Shown here piece by piece: positions 1 to 9,922 of a stretch of 28,114 bases of DNA. Location: assembly GCA_050012195.1 (NCBI GenBank), contig JBEKHQ010000001.1:1-28114 (forward strand). Reading direction: 5' to 3'. Positions within the stretch are counted from its first letter, which is position 1. The number at the start of each line of letters is the position of its first letter. The stretch comes from Bryobacteraceae bacterium. GTDB taxonomy: Bacteria > Acidobacteriota > Terriglobia > Bryobacterales > Bryobacteraceae. A model generated the notes under the pieces. It searched no databases. It had not been told where the DNA came from and saw only the letters and a program-made list of their open reading frames with translations. The translations under genes and the position numbers were made by a program.

Positions 1-465
1 ATGATAGACCTCGTGCGCCATCACCTCCACGCGGTCGCGGTGGCGAGTTGCACGGGCCCACAGCCACCCGCAGAACGCCAGATTCATGGAACGATAACCG
101 TAGCCGTGCGGAACCCATTGCATCAGTATCCGGCGCGGAGCGGGATATTGATCCAATTGCCTGCCTGCCCGGCGCAAGTCGGAGGGACGGAACGCGCCGA
201 GTTCGCGGTGCACGATGACTCCCTCAGCCTGGGGCTGCGGTCCCGGGCAGTCGGGACACCAGACGTGGACTTCATCGCCCTTGGCGGCCAAGCCGGCGGC
301 CACCGCATAGGTGTAATCGCTCACGCCGCCGGTCTGGGGCGGATATTCGCAGGTGAGGATATGCCACGCCAAGGGTTGATCGTGTGTCCGGGGAGAAGAC
401 GATTTCACCGCGTCCGCTTGCGGAGGAGGTGACCGGTGAAGGCTGGCTGGTTGGTCGAGCGGCAT
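1..465 (-). CDS. Glycosyltransferase family 4 protein, N-terminal part (runs off window start)
   Basis: Not in the ORF track. Manual minus-strand translation from ATG at 465: MPLDQPASL...WHILTCEYPPQTGGVSDYTYAVAAGLAAKGDEVHVWCP...RILMQWVPHGYGYRSMNLAFCGWLW...VEVMAHEVYH. The 'ILTCEYPP..GGV.DY' start is typical of GT4 N-terminal domains. The ATG lies 4 nt after the stop of the upstream ORF. Confidence 0.85.
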   Translation of the reverse strand, partial: MPLDQPASLHRSPPPQADAVKSSSPRTHDQPLAWHILTCEYPPQTGGVSDYTYAVAAGLAAKGDEVHVWCPDCPGPQPQAEGVIVHRELGAFRPSDLRRAGRQLDQYPAPRRILMQWVPHGYGYRSMNLAFCGWLWARATRHRDRVEVMAHEVYH

Positions 466-469
466 GAGC

Positions 470-664
470 TTACTGTGCGGCGCGCTGGCCGGCGTAGGCC
501 AGGGTGTGGATGAAAATCCGGGGCGTCCAATGCCAGTGGCGCCAGTTGGCCAGCAGATACCGGAAAAAGAAATACATGCCGAAGCGTGGACCGTCGACTT
601 CGGAGTCTTGATCGGCCAGCAGGGCCGTTTTGGTCGCCTGGTTGGAAAGCGCGGGAATCATCAT
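470..664 (-). CDS. Small hypothetical protein (64 aa), possibly a gene remnant
   Basis: ATG overlaps the flippase stop (ATGA) and TAA ends 4 nt before the next ATG, so it fills the operon gap exactly. No recognisable domain. Confidence 0.4.
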   Translation of the reverse strand: MMIPALSNQATKTALLADQDSEVDGPRFGMYFFFRYLLANWRHWHWTPRIFIHTLAYAGQRAAQ

Positions 665-2196
665 GACAATCGCATTTGAAAGGCGGCGTACCGAAGACGA
701 AACGACGCCAGAATCGGCCGAATATAGCCACCTAAGGGCGACTTAAAGATATTCGGCAGCATGAGCAGGCCGTATGCCGCCGCCGTTGCGGCGGCCGTGG
801 CCGCGGCTTCCCCCAGATTGCGAGGCGACCATCGCATCGCAATCCAAACCAGCGCGGTCATAATGACTGCGAAGCGCCAGATCCAGCTTCCCAACATTGC
901 CAATATAAGCCGCCGCACCGTAACGCCGGTATCGCGCGCGATCACCCGCAAATTGAACGGAAGGCTGATCGCGGCCGCGCCCACCACCGAACCGAGCGCC
1001 GCGCCAGGCAACCCGAACAGCATGGTCAACACCAGGCAAGAGCCGGCGCTCACCAAACCGTCGAACAGGTTGGTGAGGGAGATACGGCGCTGATGTCCGA
1101 AACAAAATACCGTGAAGGCGGTAGTGGTGGTCCAATGCCGCACCGCTACGTTGGCTATAAATGCGAGCGTGAGGGCTAAGCCGCCATATTGGCGGGCGGT
1201 AACCCACCAGTCGACAAACCAGTGATTGATCGGCAGCACGACGCACACGATCAGGCCGCTCAAGAACAACATTCCGTGAGTGAGCGAGACTAAGACCTGA
1301 AACATCCTCTCCCGCGACTCGCCGCTCTTTACCTCGCACAAACCCGGCGTGGCGGTTTGCATCAGGATCTGCGCCTGATTGGCCAGCACGCTGATCAGCT
1401 TGCAGGTGCACGCGTAGGGAACCACCGCGGCCGGCCCGAGTAGGCGGCCGATGATCAGTAGATCAGTTTGAGCCATCAAGAGCGTGGCGACTTGCGAAAG
1501 ACAGATCCACATTCCTTTGCCCAACTGGATTTTCGTTTTGATCAGATCGAAGGGCGGCAAGCGGCGGGGCAGGACTTGCGGGAAGCGCGTCCAGATTCGG
1601 TAAAAAATCAGCGGAACGAGCAGGAGTTGGCTAATCAGCCAGCCGGCCGCCAGTGCGAAGAGACTCCATCCGGACCAGACCATCCAGACCGTGGCCGCCG
1701 TGCTGAGTACCCAATTCAAGATCTGGACGCCGCCGGCGAAGGTGAGGTCCTGAAGTCCCTGCAGCAGGGCCGGCAGCATGCGCAGCGGAAAAGCGGCGAC
1801 AAATCCTAACAGAATGAACGTCAAAGGGCCCCGCAGGGCTTGCCATTCGGCGGGAATGGCGAAGAACATCGCGATCGCGATCGCGATCACGACGGGAAGC
1901 TGATAGAGCACCAGGCGGACGGTTTGTCCAACCACCCGAGAGAGGTCCTGGGCTTTCTCGACGCCCCCGGCGCGGCCAGTCGAATAAGCAACTTCCTGGG
2001 GCAACAGCTCCACCACGCCGAAGTCGGTCAGCGAAAGGTATGTAAGCAGTTGCGTGCCCACCAGCCAGAGTCCGTAATCATGTTGGCCGATACGCCGGAG
2101 GTAGAAGGGCGTCAGCCACAGGCCGACGAAAAGGACCATGGCCTGATACCCATAGGTCATGGCCAATCCACCGAGAAAGCGACGTGATCTGCTCAT
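661..2196 (-). CDS. wzx: Wzx-type polysaccharide flippase (MOP superfamily)
   Basis: Many hydrophobic segments. N-terminal 'LTPFYLRRIGQHDYGLW' and mid-protein 'QTDLLIIGRLLGPAAVVPY' are flippase-like. Start moved from 2268 to ATG 2196 (MSRSRRF), which follows GGAAGG and avoids overlapping the upstream gene. Confidence 0.85.
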   Translation of the reverse strand: MSRSRRFLGGLAMTYGYQAMVLFVGLWLTPFYLRRIGQHDYGLWLVGTQLLTYLSLTDFGVVELLPQEVAYSTGRAGGVEKAQDLSRVVGQTVRLVLYQLPVVIAIAIAMFFAIPAEWQALRGPLTFILLGFVAAFPLRMLPALLQGLQDLTFAGGVQILNWVLSTAATVWMVWSGWSLFALAAGWLISQLLLVPLIFYRIWTRFPQVLPRRLPPFDLIKTKIQLGKGMWICLSQVATLLMAQTDLLIIGRLLGPAAVVPYACTCKLISVLANQAQILMQTATPGLCEVKSGESRERMFQVLVSLTHGMLFLSGLIVCVVLPINHWFVDWWVTARQYGGLALTLAFIANVAVRHWTTTTAFTVFCFGHQRRISLTNLFDGLVSAGSCLVLTMLFGLPGAALGSVVGAAAISLPFNLRVIARDTGVTVRRLILAMLGSWIWRFAVIMTALVWIAMRWSPRNLGEAAATAAATAAAYGLLMLPNIFKSPLGGYIRPILASFRLRYAAFQMRLS

Positions 2197-2230
2197 CGGA
2201 GGCCTTCCCGATCCGTTCGACGAATCTCGG

Positions 2231-3574
2231 TCACCATCCCTTGGCTCCCAGGGCGGAACTCGGGACATACCGGGTCGCCGCGGCCGCTCGGACCGGCGCC
2301 TCGGAGTTACGCCACGCGGAAGTCCAACCCATTCCGAGCAACTGAATAGCGGTTTGTGGAATTGAAGTTAGGAATCCGACTCCGATAAATGCCGTGGCCA
2401 GCGAAAAAGCGGCGAGCGACCAGGCCATTCTTCGAGTGGTGGCCCAAGGCCCGTCGGCCCATGCCTTGGGTGCGCGGCTCAGCACGTATCCCACAAAGCC
2501 GAGCCAGATCAGCAATCCGACGAAGCCCTGTTCGCTAAGAATCCGGGCGTACTCGTTTTCCATTCCGATCGGGTTCTTCACGGCTCCCTGCAAAAAGTAG
2601 GGCATGCTGGATCCTCCGCCGCCCAGACCGTTGCCCATCGGATATTCCTCCAGGATCTCGAAAAAGCTGCGATTTACGCTCCCTGCGATACGTTCCGTGA
2701 CCCCCCCGGTGTCCTGCAATGTTTTGAAGCGCTGAAATCGTTCATTAGTCGCGGCCACCCAGCCAATGATGCCGAACAGCAGCACCAGGACCACCATGTT
2801 CTTGAAGGATTTCCCCTTTCGCGTCCAGATCGCGACCAACACCATAACGGAACCCACGATGAAATTCTGTCGCGTAGCCGACATCAATATCCCCAGCAGA
2901 GCGGCCACGATGCCGCCCAAAGCCAAGAGCTTGAACCGCTTATCTACTACGCGATCCCAGCCGCCGATCAGGTAGGGCAAGGAAACGACCATGGCGCCCC
3001 CGAAGGCGTGAGCGCTGGTGAAGGTGCCTGGAATCCGATAATTTCCTCCCGCCACGTCGGCGCTGGAGTACATGATCTCGGTGACGGCGGAATACGGAAA
3101 AAAGCGCGGGAGACCCAGGAAGTACTCGCCCCATGCGAAGGCTAAGGCGATCAAATTCAGCGTCGCCAAACCACCTACCAGATATTTGAGATCCCGATCC
3201 GCGAGTCTGGCGCCAAGCAGCAGCATCGGAATGAAAAACACGTTTCCGCGCAAACCCACCAGGGAAACCAGGAAGGTTTGGAAGGGAAGAAGCATTAAAA
3301 CCAGGCACCAGCCGATCATGACCAGGACCCAAAATCGTATCGGCTCTTGACGTTTCAATTCGCTGGGAGTGCCGGAGAACCACTTTTGGGAAAGATACAG
3401 CCCTGCCAGGCTGGCGTCGAATATAAAGTGGGAGTAAGTGGTAATCAGGTTGGCTCGCAAGATTCCGTAGGAATAGCCGACAGCCAGGAGCAGCACCAGT
3501 CCGGCGCCGAGCGAACGGCGGCCGGCCCAGAAGGTAATCAGAAGAGCCGCGACACAAAGCGCGAGTGCGGTCAC
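2231..3574 (-). CDS. Wzy polymerase / O-antigen ligase-like integral membrane protein
   Basis: Multi-TM protein with loop 'RIPGTFTSAHAFG', 'SATRQ', and a late loop 'EYPMGNGLGG...ENEYARILSEQGFVGL'. The real start is probably GTG 3574, which overlaps the upstream TGA (GTGA). EPS operon context. Confidence 0.7.
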   Translation of the reverse strand: MTALALCVAALLITFWAGRRSLGAGLVLLLAVGYSYGILRANLITTYSHFIFDASLAGLYLSQKWFSGTPSELKRQEPIRFWVLVMIGWCLVLMLLPFQTFLVSLVGLRGNVFFIPMLLLGARLADRDLKYLVGGLATLNLIALAFAWGEYFLGLPRFFPYSAVTEIMYSSADVAGGNYRIPGTFTSAHAFGGAMVVSLPYLIGGWDRVVDKRFKLLALGGIVAALLGILMSATRQNFIVGSVMVLVAIWTRKGKSFKNMVVLVLLFGIIGWVAATNERFQRFKTLQDTGGVTERIAGSVNRSFFEILEEYPMGNGLGGGGSSMPYFLQGAVKNPIGMENEYARILSEQGFVGLLIWLGFVGYVLSRAPKAWADGPWATTRRMAWSLAAFSLATAFIGVGFLTSIPQTAIQLLGMGWTSAWRNSEAPVRAAAATRYVPSSALGAKGW

Positions 3575-4704
3575 GCGCGATCTCCCGGGGAGCGCGGGCG
3601 AGCCATCGCGTCTCGCAAAGCGTTCATCTGAGTGGCCGGATCGGAGAGCCGGACCGCGCGGGAGGGACCGCCGCGGCCGAGGGTAGCGCGCAGCTCGGGT
3701 TGTTCGATCAAGCTCTGCAACCCTGCGGCGAGACCCGCCACATCCCCGGGCGGGATCAACAATCCGCAGGAGTCGTCCACAATCTCGAGCGCCCCTCCCA
3801 GAGCGAAGCTGACCACCGGCAAAGCCGCCCAAAGCGCTTCGACGAAAACGATCCCGAATGGTTCGGGCGTTAGATTCGGCTGGCAGAAAATATCCGCCGC
3901 CCCCAGCAAATCGGGCACGTCACTGCGCTGGCCGAGGAACCGCACTCGCTCGGCGAGTCCCAATGTCTCGGCCAGCTCCTTCAGCTTCTGGAGATAGTCC
4001 TGCTCTTCGGGCCGCTGCGCTCCGCCCACCATCCAGCAGACCCATGGCGTCGGAAGATTCGTCAGCCGCGCCAGCGCTTCCAAGTGAGCCTGGTGTCCTT
4101 TCCAGGCTTCTATCCGGCTTACCTGCACGATCACCACCGTATGATGCCCGGCGCCGAATTGGCTGCGCACGCTGGATTGAGTCCGGCGGGATTCCGGTGG
4201 AGCGGTCAAGTCCACCGGGGGGTAGATCACTTCCCGGGGAGCTTGGGGAAACAGGTTTTCGATCCCGGCCTCGGTGAAGCGGCTAGTGGCGATCGCCAGG
4301 TCGGGCACCGCGCGCCGCGCCAATCGCTCCAACCATCCGCTTCCGCGGTGAAAGGCGTGCGCCCAAAAACCGAGTTTTTGGCCGCTTGACCGGACCGCCG
4401 GACCGAATATGGCCAGCGACCAAGGCATGTGGCAAATCACAAGATCGAAACGTTGTTGGTCCAGGATTTCCTTCAAACGGCGGCGCGCGCGCCATACCGT
4501 CCAGGGACGACTGATTCGAACGCCGCCCAACATATGCACCCGCGCCTGCGCCGTTCTCAACTCCTGACTAAGCCGGCCTTCGAAACAGAGCGCGAATTCG
4601 GACTCCATGGCTGGACAGAGATCTTTCAATCGCGCCAGAGTGGCTAGAATGGTCTCCACGCCGCCATATAGATTTCCGCCATTGACATGCAGCACGCGTA
4701 TCAT
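3571..4704 (-). CDS. Glycosyltransferase family 4 protein
   Basis: MIRVLHVNGGNLYGGVE start; 'SRIEAWKGH'; 'ADIFCQPNLTPEPFGIVFVEA' (GT4 E-x7-E motif). Start at ATG 4704; ATG 4809 is an alternative. Confidence 0.9.
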   Translation of the reverse strand: MIRVLHVNGGNLYGGVETILATLARLKDLCPAMESEFALCFEGRLSQELRTAQARVHMLGGVRISRPWTVWRARRRLKEILDQQRFDLVICHMPWSLAIFGPAVRSSGQKLGFWAHAFHRGSGWLERLARRAVPDLAIATSRFTEAGIENLFPQAPREVIYPPVDLTAPPESRRTQSSVRSQFGAGHHTVVIVQVSRIEAWKGHQAHLEALARLTNLPTPWVCWMVGGAQRPEEQDYLQKLKELAETLGLAERVRFLGQRSDVPDLLGAADIFCQPNLTPEPFGIVFVEALWAALPVVSFALGGALEIVDDSCGLLIPPGDVAGLAAGLQSLIEQPELRATLGRGGPSRAVRLSDPATQMNALRDAMARPRSPGDRA

Positions 4705-4816
4705 GCCGCCATCGGTGGCGGATCCACCTGTTGGCCTGAGTCCCGGCTTGATACCCGCGGGCGCCATTCGCTTCTCTCCGTCAAACTCCCCGGTTGTTGC
4801 GGAAACCATTCGCAGC

Positions 4817-6061
4817 TCAATCCCCGACAACGGCATTCGCACTCGCCGTTTCAGCCGGCGAGCGGAGTCCGCCGTCAAAAAACCTCGCGTACAGACCGAG
4901 CAACTCGCCCACCAGCCGCCTTCGGTGATAAACCCGTTGCGCGGTCCGCCGGCCTTCCCGACCGAGCCGGCGCCGCAACTCGTCATCCGACGCCAGCAGC
5001 GCAATGCGCTCGGACAGCATCGCGGCATCGCCGGGAACATGGCCGAGGGCATCCACTCCGTCCGTGAACAATTCCGATGCGCCGCCGGCGCTGGCGGCCA
5101 ACACCGCTTTCCCGGATGCCATGCCTTCGACGATCACCATTCCAAAAGGTTCGGGTTTGGTGCTGGCATGCACCACGATGTCCAAGGATCGCATCGCCGC
5201 CGCGGTATCGGCGACGAAACCTGTAAAGCCCACGTGGCCGGTTAACCCCAACCGAGCGGCTTCTTCCCGCAGTTCCGTCATGGACCACTGACTGCCCGCG
5301 GTTTGGTAGATCGGCCCGCCGATGATGTATCCGCGAACGGAATCGGGGCCGGATAGTCGAGCCAGCGCTTGGAGGAATACCTTATGGCCCTTCCAGCGGG
5401 CGAATGTTCCGACCAGGCCCACGCGGATGGCGCCCGCGGCGGCCGGTGGGAGTCCAGCTAACGCATCCAGGTCGAGCCGGGCGCCGTCGGGTGAGAACCG
5501 CTCGAAATCCACGGCGTTGTAGATAGGTACCACGTCGAGGCGGGGCATAAGTGATTTTAGGTCTGCCGCCACGCTATGGGAATTCGCAATTGCCGCTCGG
5601 CACTTCGAGCTCACCAACCGCAGCAAGCGGCTCACAACGCGCCGGGCGCTGACGTAATCGTGGATGTGCCAGACGAGCGCCGCCTCGCGCGGCGTCGACC
5701 AGGCGCCGAGCAAATGCATCTTGAAACCATTGGTGTGAACGACGTGCGGTTGGAGTTTTCCGAGCAGCCGCGCCAAGCCGCGCGCATATTTCGCCGTCCC
5801 CGGCGCGGCCCGCAGCAACGACCGCATTTGGGCGAACGCGCCGCCCCCGGCATCGCCCAGCCGCGAAAGTTGCCTCGGAAAGGGCGCCACGATGACTTCA
5901 ACTCCCAACTCGCGGGCGATACCGGCGAGAGGGCCGTCTTCACCGAGCACCAGGGAAAGCTCCCAGCTCGGTTCGGCGGACCGGACGCCGGCCAGCACTT
6001 CCCGGAGACTGGTTTCGGCGCCGCCCAGTTCGCCGCAGGGGTTTAAGTACACAATCCGCAC
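4817..6061 (-). CDS. Glycosyltransferase family 4 protein
   Basis: MRIVYLNPCGELGGAE start; 'GTFARWKGH'; 'HASTKPEPFGMVIVEGMASG' (E-x7-E motif). GTG start. Confidence 0.9.
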   Translation of the reverse strand: MRIVYLNPCGELGGAETSLREVLAGVRSAEPSWELSLVLGEDGPLAGIARELGVEVIVAPFPRQLSRLGDAGGGAFAQMRSLLRAAPGTAKYARGLARLLGKLQPHVVHTNGFKMHLLGAWSTPREAALVWHIHDYVSARRVVSRLLRLVSSKCRAAIANSHSVAADLKSLMPRLDVVPIYNAVDFERFSPDGARLDLDALAGLPPAAAGAIRVGLVGTFARWKGHKVFLQALARLSGPDSVRGYIIGGPIYQTAGSQWSMTELREEAARLGLTGHVGFTGFVADTAAAMRSLDIVVHASTKPEPFGMVIVEGMASGKAVLAASAGGASELFTDGVDALGHVPGDAAMLSERIALLASDDELRRRLGREGRRTAQRVYHRRRLVGELLGLYARFFDGGLRSPAETASANAVVGD

Positions 6062-6069
6062 GAACGAGC

Positions 6070-6750
6070 CTAGTCGACCGAACCCAGACGTTCCGCTATG
6101 AGGGGGAACGCCTGATTTGTGAAATTGAGGCAGCGCGCCAGATTCTGTTCCGGAGTGGCGTCGCCTAACGGGGTTACCAAGCGAACCAGACTAACATCGG
6201 ATCGCTTATAGCGTAATAGATCGGGCAGCAGCCGAAGTTTCGCCCAATACTCTTCCGCCCACGTATGGCGATTGTTTTGATACCAATACAGCACGAAGAT
6301 ACTGTCGCCGCCTTTTTCCATTACATATTCGTTGACGGGAATGCCTTCGGGCCTGTCGCGGAGCGGCAAGATTCCAATCTTCGAAGATTTCACCAGCCAT
6401 CCGGATCCAGGCAGACAGATGCGGGGCGAATGAGGACCGTAGGCGTTTTGCAAGGATTTGAAATACGCAACGAAGAGGTTGATGGAGCTCTTGCCGTTTT
6501 CATCGACATAATCGCGCAAGATATATTCGTCCGGCTTCAGCGTGGCCGCTTCGCTGGCCGAGAGCTCGCGCTCCTCGCCGGATTGCCAGTTTCCGATCCG
6601 GGGAGGCAGGGAGTGCAGTCCCGGCAGGGGCAAGTCGCGCTCTACCACGTCTAAGCGGCGGGAACCTGCGGCCTGAGCCGCCAAGATGACGCAGATTACA
6701 AGGAACCAACCGCCGGGGACGCGAAAAGATCGCTGGACTGGGTCAGCCAC
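6070..6750 (-). CDS. epsI: Exosortase-associated EpsI family protein
   Basis: 'LFVAYFKS...HSPRICLPGSGW' and 'VLYWYQ' motifs, an N-terminal hydrophobic anchor, and position directly after the exosortase gene. Confidence 0.85.
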   Translation of the reverse strand: MADPVQRSFRVPGGWFLVICVILAAQAAGSRRLDVVERDLPLPGLHSLPPRIGNWQSGEERELSASEAATLKPDEYILRDYVDENGKSSINLFVAYFKSLQNAYGPHSPRICLPGSGWLVKSSKIGILPLRDRPEGIPVNEYVMEKGGDSIFVLYWYQNNRHTWAEEYWAKLRLLPDLLRYKRSDVSLVRLVTPLGDATPEQNLARCLNFTNQAFPLIAERLGSVD

Positions 6751-7651
6751 GGTGCGCCCTCCAGGACTTCTGGATCGATATCAATAGAATATGCACCAAC
6801 AGGCATCCGGCGGCCGCGGCGGCGATGCTCACGTAGCCGAAAGCCTCATGAGCTACTCCGGTGACTAGGGCGGGATCGTACTGACTCGCGATGCCGGTTG
6901 CAAGAATCCGAAGCGCGTTGCCTAAAATCGCGATCGGAATCGCCATCACTAGAATCAGCCAACGCATGCTCCGCTGTTCGACGAAAAAATAATTGTAGAT
7001 GACGCACATGAAAAATATGGCGGTCAGCGAACGAATCCCGCTGCAAGCTTCCTCCACCGACAACTTCACTCCCGGCAGCTCCAGAATGTTGCCCTCCCGC
7101 AAAACCGAGTAGCCCAGAACCTCGAGGAAAACCTCGCCCAAGCGGCTGGCGATTAATTGCAAGGACAAGGTCATGCGCTCGTAAATGAACGTCGGGGGCG
7201 CGATCATTAGAATCAGCGTGCCCAGCGGATACGCCAGTTCTTTCACCATGCGCCAGCCGAAGACCGCGGCGATCGCTCCCACCAGGGAGACCAGGACCGA
7301 TGTACGGCTTACCCAGATCCAATGGGCCGCAATGCCTAACATGGCTTGGAGAGCGCCCCAAACGAGCACCACGACCCCCCGCTTGGACGGCTCGATGGGA
7401 AGCGTCGCCAGCTTGTCGCGCTTCGTCCAGGCCATGTAGGCGGCGGCGGGAATCACCAAAATGCCGTGCTCCATGTTGGCGTAATCGTCAAACCAGCTCC
7501 CGTACAAACCCAGGAGTATCGGCCAGAACGCGATCAACAGAAGAAGCCCGATCACCACCGCTTGGACGGATGCAGGAACTTCGCTCATCCGCTGCAAACC
7601 GCGGCGCGGCACGGATTGTTCCGAAATTTTAGGTTCGACTGGAGTCGCCAT
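6743..7651 (-). CDS. epsH: Exosortase (EpsH family transpeptidase)
   Basis: Multi-TM protein with 'HGILVIP', catalytic-type Cys in 'VEEACSGIRSL', Arg in 'GNALRI' and His in 'HEAFG'. Confidence 0.9.
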   Translation of the reverse strand: MATPVEPKISEQSVPRRGLQRMSEVPASVQAVVIGLLLLIAFWPILLGLYGSWFDDYANMEHGILVIPAAAYMAWTKRDKLATLPIEPSKRGVVVLVWGALQAMLGIAAHWIWVSRTSVLVSLVGAIAAVFGWRMVKELAYPLGTLILMIAPPTFIYERMTLSLQLIASRLGEVFLEVLGYSVLREGNILELPGVKLSVEEACSGIRSLTAIFFMCVIYNYFFVEQRSMRWLILVMAIPIAILGNALRILATGIASQYDPALVTGVAHEAFGYVSIAAAAAGCLLVHILLISIQKSWRAHRG

Positions 7652-9917
7652 AATCGTAATAATACTGACGCTTTCGGTCGCCGCGCAGGTCGTAGTCGGT
7701 TAGCACGGTGCCGAGCAATGCGAGACCATCCTCCTGGATGCGTTGGTACGCTTCCATGGCGTTGGCCCGGTTGGTGACGCCGCAACGGAGCACTAGAATC
7801 AGCGCGTCGGCGAGCGGAGCGATAATGCGGGTATCCGCGACGTGCAGAATCGGCGGCGTATCCACCAGAATCATGTCGTAGCGTTTCTTGAGGAACTCGA
7901 AGATCTCGCGCAGACGGGGCGAGTACAGGGCGCGGGCCACGTTGGACGTACCCGGTCCGGAGCCATTAGCCAGCAGCGATAACTCAGGAAAGCCGGTAGC
8001 CGCCGCAAGACGATCCATCGCATATTCGCTCAGGGGAGAGTCCTCCGACAGCATGTCGACCAAGCCCCAATCGTTCGGCAGGCCGAACTTGCGATGCAGG
8101 TGCGGCCGTCGAAAATCCGCGTCCACCACCAGCACTCGCCGGCCGGTTTCGGCGAGGGCGATGCCCAAATTTTGGATGACCGTCGTTTTCCCTTCCGCGG
8201 GCCCGGGACTGGTGACGAGAATGATCTTTTGGGCCTTCCCGCTGGCCTGATTACGTAAGATGGACGCCAGAGTGCCCCGAAACGATTCGGTGACGAAGGA
8301 AGGACCGCTCTGCCAGGTAACCATGGCCGACGCGGGATTCTCTCCGTCGCCGTTGAGCGCCATACCCTTGGAATGCAGGTACGAACGCCAGGTGGCGACT
8401 CCGTTGGCATCCGCTCCGAGATTCGGAATGACGCCGAGCTCGGGCGCATTAAACATCTGGCGCGACATACCCGGCGCCCGGATACTGGTATCCATCCGTT
8501 CGCGCAGAAATGCCAACCCGCCCGCGATCACGATCCCCAGCAACGACCCAAAGGAGATATTCAGAACCGGCCGCGGCTTAAACGGAAGTTCCGGAGGCGC
8601 GGCCGCTTCCACGATACGGATGGGACTGGCCGGCACCGAGCTGTTTAACCCCGCTTCGCTCTGTTGCATCAGAAGCGACTGATAAACCTGATGCAGCGTA
8701 TCTGCCTCGCGCCGCAGAGCGTTGTACTGCGCAGCCTTGGCTGCTTCCGATCCCACGCGCTGGGATTGGCTGCCGTAATTCTTCGACAGCAGCCTCTCCT
8801 GGCTCAGCGCGGCTTCGTAATCGTTCTTGATCCGGCTGACCACGCTGCGGATTTCGTTCTGGTAGTCTTTTCGTACCTCAGCCAACTGGGCGTCCAATTG
8901 GCGGACCTTCTCATGCTTGGGGGTGTACTTGACCTCGAGCGCGGCCTTTTCCTGCTCGAGCCCGTTGATCTTGGCCTGGTGGCCTCGCAACGCGGCGTCG
9001 TCCAGAACCTCGCCCAGCGTCTCGGGAGGATTCTTGAGCGTAAGTTCATAGCGCGTCTGTTTGGCGATGCGGTCGGATTGAATTTTCGCCAGCTCGCCTT
9101 TCAATTGCGTCAGCTTGGTGTCGTCGAGCGTGGTGTCCTGGCCCGCGAACACATTGCCGGAAGCCTGCACGAAATCCCGCTGATGCTCCTCGGCTTCCTG
9201 CATCTTCGATTTGGTTTCCTCGATGGACGCCGCCAGCCACTCGCTGGTCCTTTGCGAGGATTGCATGCGCGACCGGGAATTGTCCTCCTGAAACTCGGAA
9301 GCCATCGAATTCAGAAACTGCGCGGCCACGTCCGGGCTGCTCGACTCGCAGCTCAGCTCGATCAAGCGGGTATGAATCACCGGCCTCGCGTCAAACGTCC
9401 CCATGGCCAGGCCAATGCCTTGACGGGCATTCTCGAGCGGATCTTGCGTAGCGGGGTGAATGCGCTGCCTCAACCGCGAAAAGAGGTCGCGTCCGGTGGG
9501 GGCCAGCGGCACGCTGTCTTGCTGCAAACGTTCTGCGCCGCGCTTGAGGAACGTCCCGCTGCGCAGTATGCTGACTTGAGTCTGGATGTCCACCTCCGTA
9601 CCTTCGGCGCTCTCCAAGCCGTTCTTGGTGTACGTGCCGCCGCCGTTACCCACTTCGAGCAACAAGCGCGTTTTATAGCGCGGAGAACTCAACACCACCG
9701 ACGCGAAGCCTCCCGCGGCCCCAACCAGCAACAATACCAACAGCAAGAACCAATGCCGGCGGATAATGCCCTTGATATCCGCCGATGGGGCGGTCTCCTC
9801 GGCGCTTGCCGCGGGAGACTGATAATACTGCCGCCCGTTCTCCACAATGACCGGTTTTTCGCCGTAGGGGATGAGATGATTGCGATCGTCCCCGGAACCA
9901 TTTGGAAGCAGATCCAT
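7629..9917 (-). CDS. wzc: Polysaccharide co-polymerase / BY-kinase (Wzc-like tyrosine autokinase)
   Basis: Two TM segments flank a coiled-coil periplasmic domain. Walker A 'SPGPAEGKTT', A' 'VVDADFRRP', Walker B 'ILVDTPP', and C-terminal Tyr cluster 'QYYYDY'. Start ATG 9917 follows GGAGG. Confidence 0.92.
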   Translation of the reverse strand: MDLLPNGSGDDRNHLIPYGEKPVIVENGRQYYQSPAASAEETAPSADIKGIIRRHWFLLLVLLLVGAAGGFASVVLSSPRYKTRLLLEVGNGGGTYTKNGLESAEGTEVDIQTQVSILRSGTFLKRGAERLQQDSVPLAPTGRDLFSRLRQRIHPATQDPLENARQGIGLAMGTFDARPVIHTRLIELSCESSSPDVAAQFLNSMASEFQEDNSRSRMQSSQRTSEWLAASIEETKSKMQEAEEHQRDFVQASGNVFAGQDTTLDDTKLTQLKGELAKIQSDRIAKQTRYELTLKNPPETLGEVLDDAALRGHQAKINGLEQEKAALEVKYTPKHEKVRQLDAQLAEVRKDYQNEIRSVVSRIKNDYEAALSQERLLSKNYGSQSQRVGSEAAKAAQYNALRREADTLHQVYQSLLMQQSEAGLNSSVPASPIRIVEAAAPPELPFKPRPVLNISFGSLLGIVIAGGLAFLRERMDTSIRAPGMSRQMFNAPELGVIPNLGADANGVATWRSYLHSKGMALNGDGENPASAMVTWQSGPSFVTESFRGTLASILRNQASGKAQKIILVTSPGPAEGKTTVIQNLGIALAETGRRVLVVDADFRRPHLHRKFGLPNDWGLVDMLSEDSPLSEYAMDRLAAATGFPELSLLANGSGPGTSNVARALYSPRLREIFEFLKKRYDMILVDTPPILHVADTRIIAPLADALILVLRCGVTNRANAMEAYQRIQEDGLALLGTVLTDYDLRGDRKRQYYYDYGDSSRT

Positions 9918-9922
9918 GATGT

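Noticed and set aside
1-432. 143-aa plus-strand ORF at window start
   Set aside because: Antisense shadow of the GT4 gene on the minus strand.
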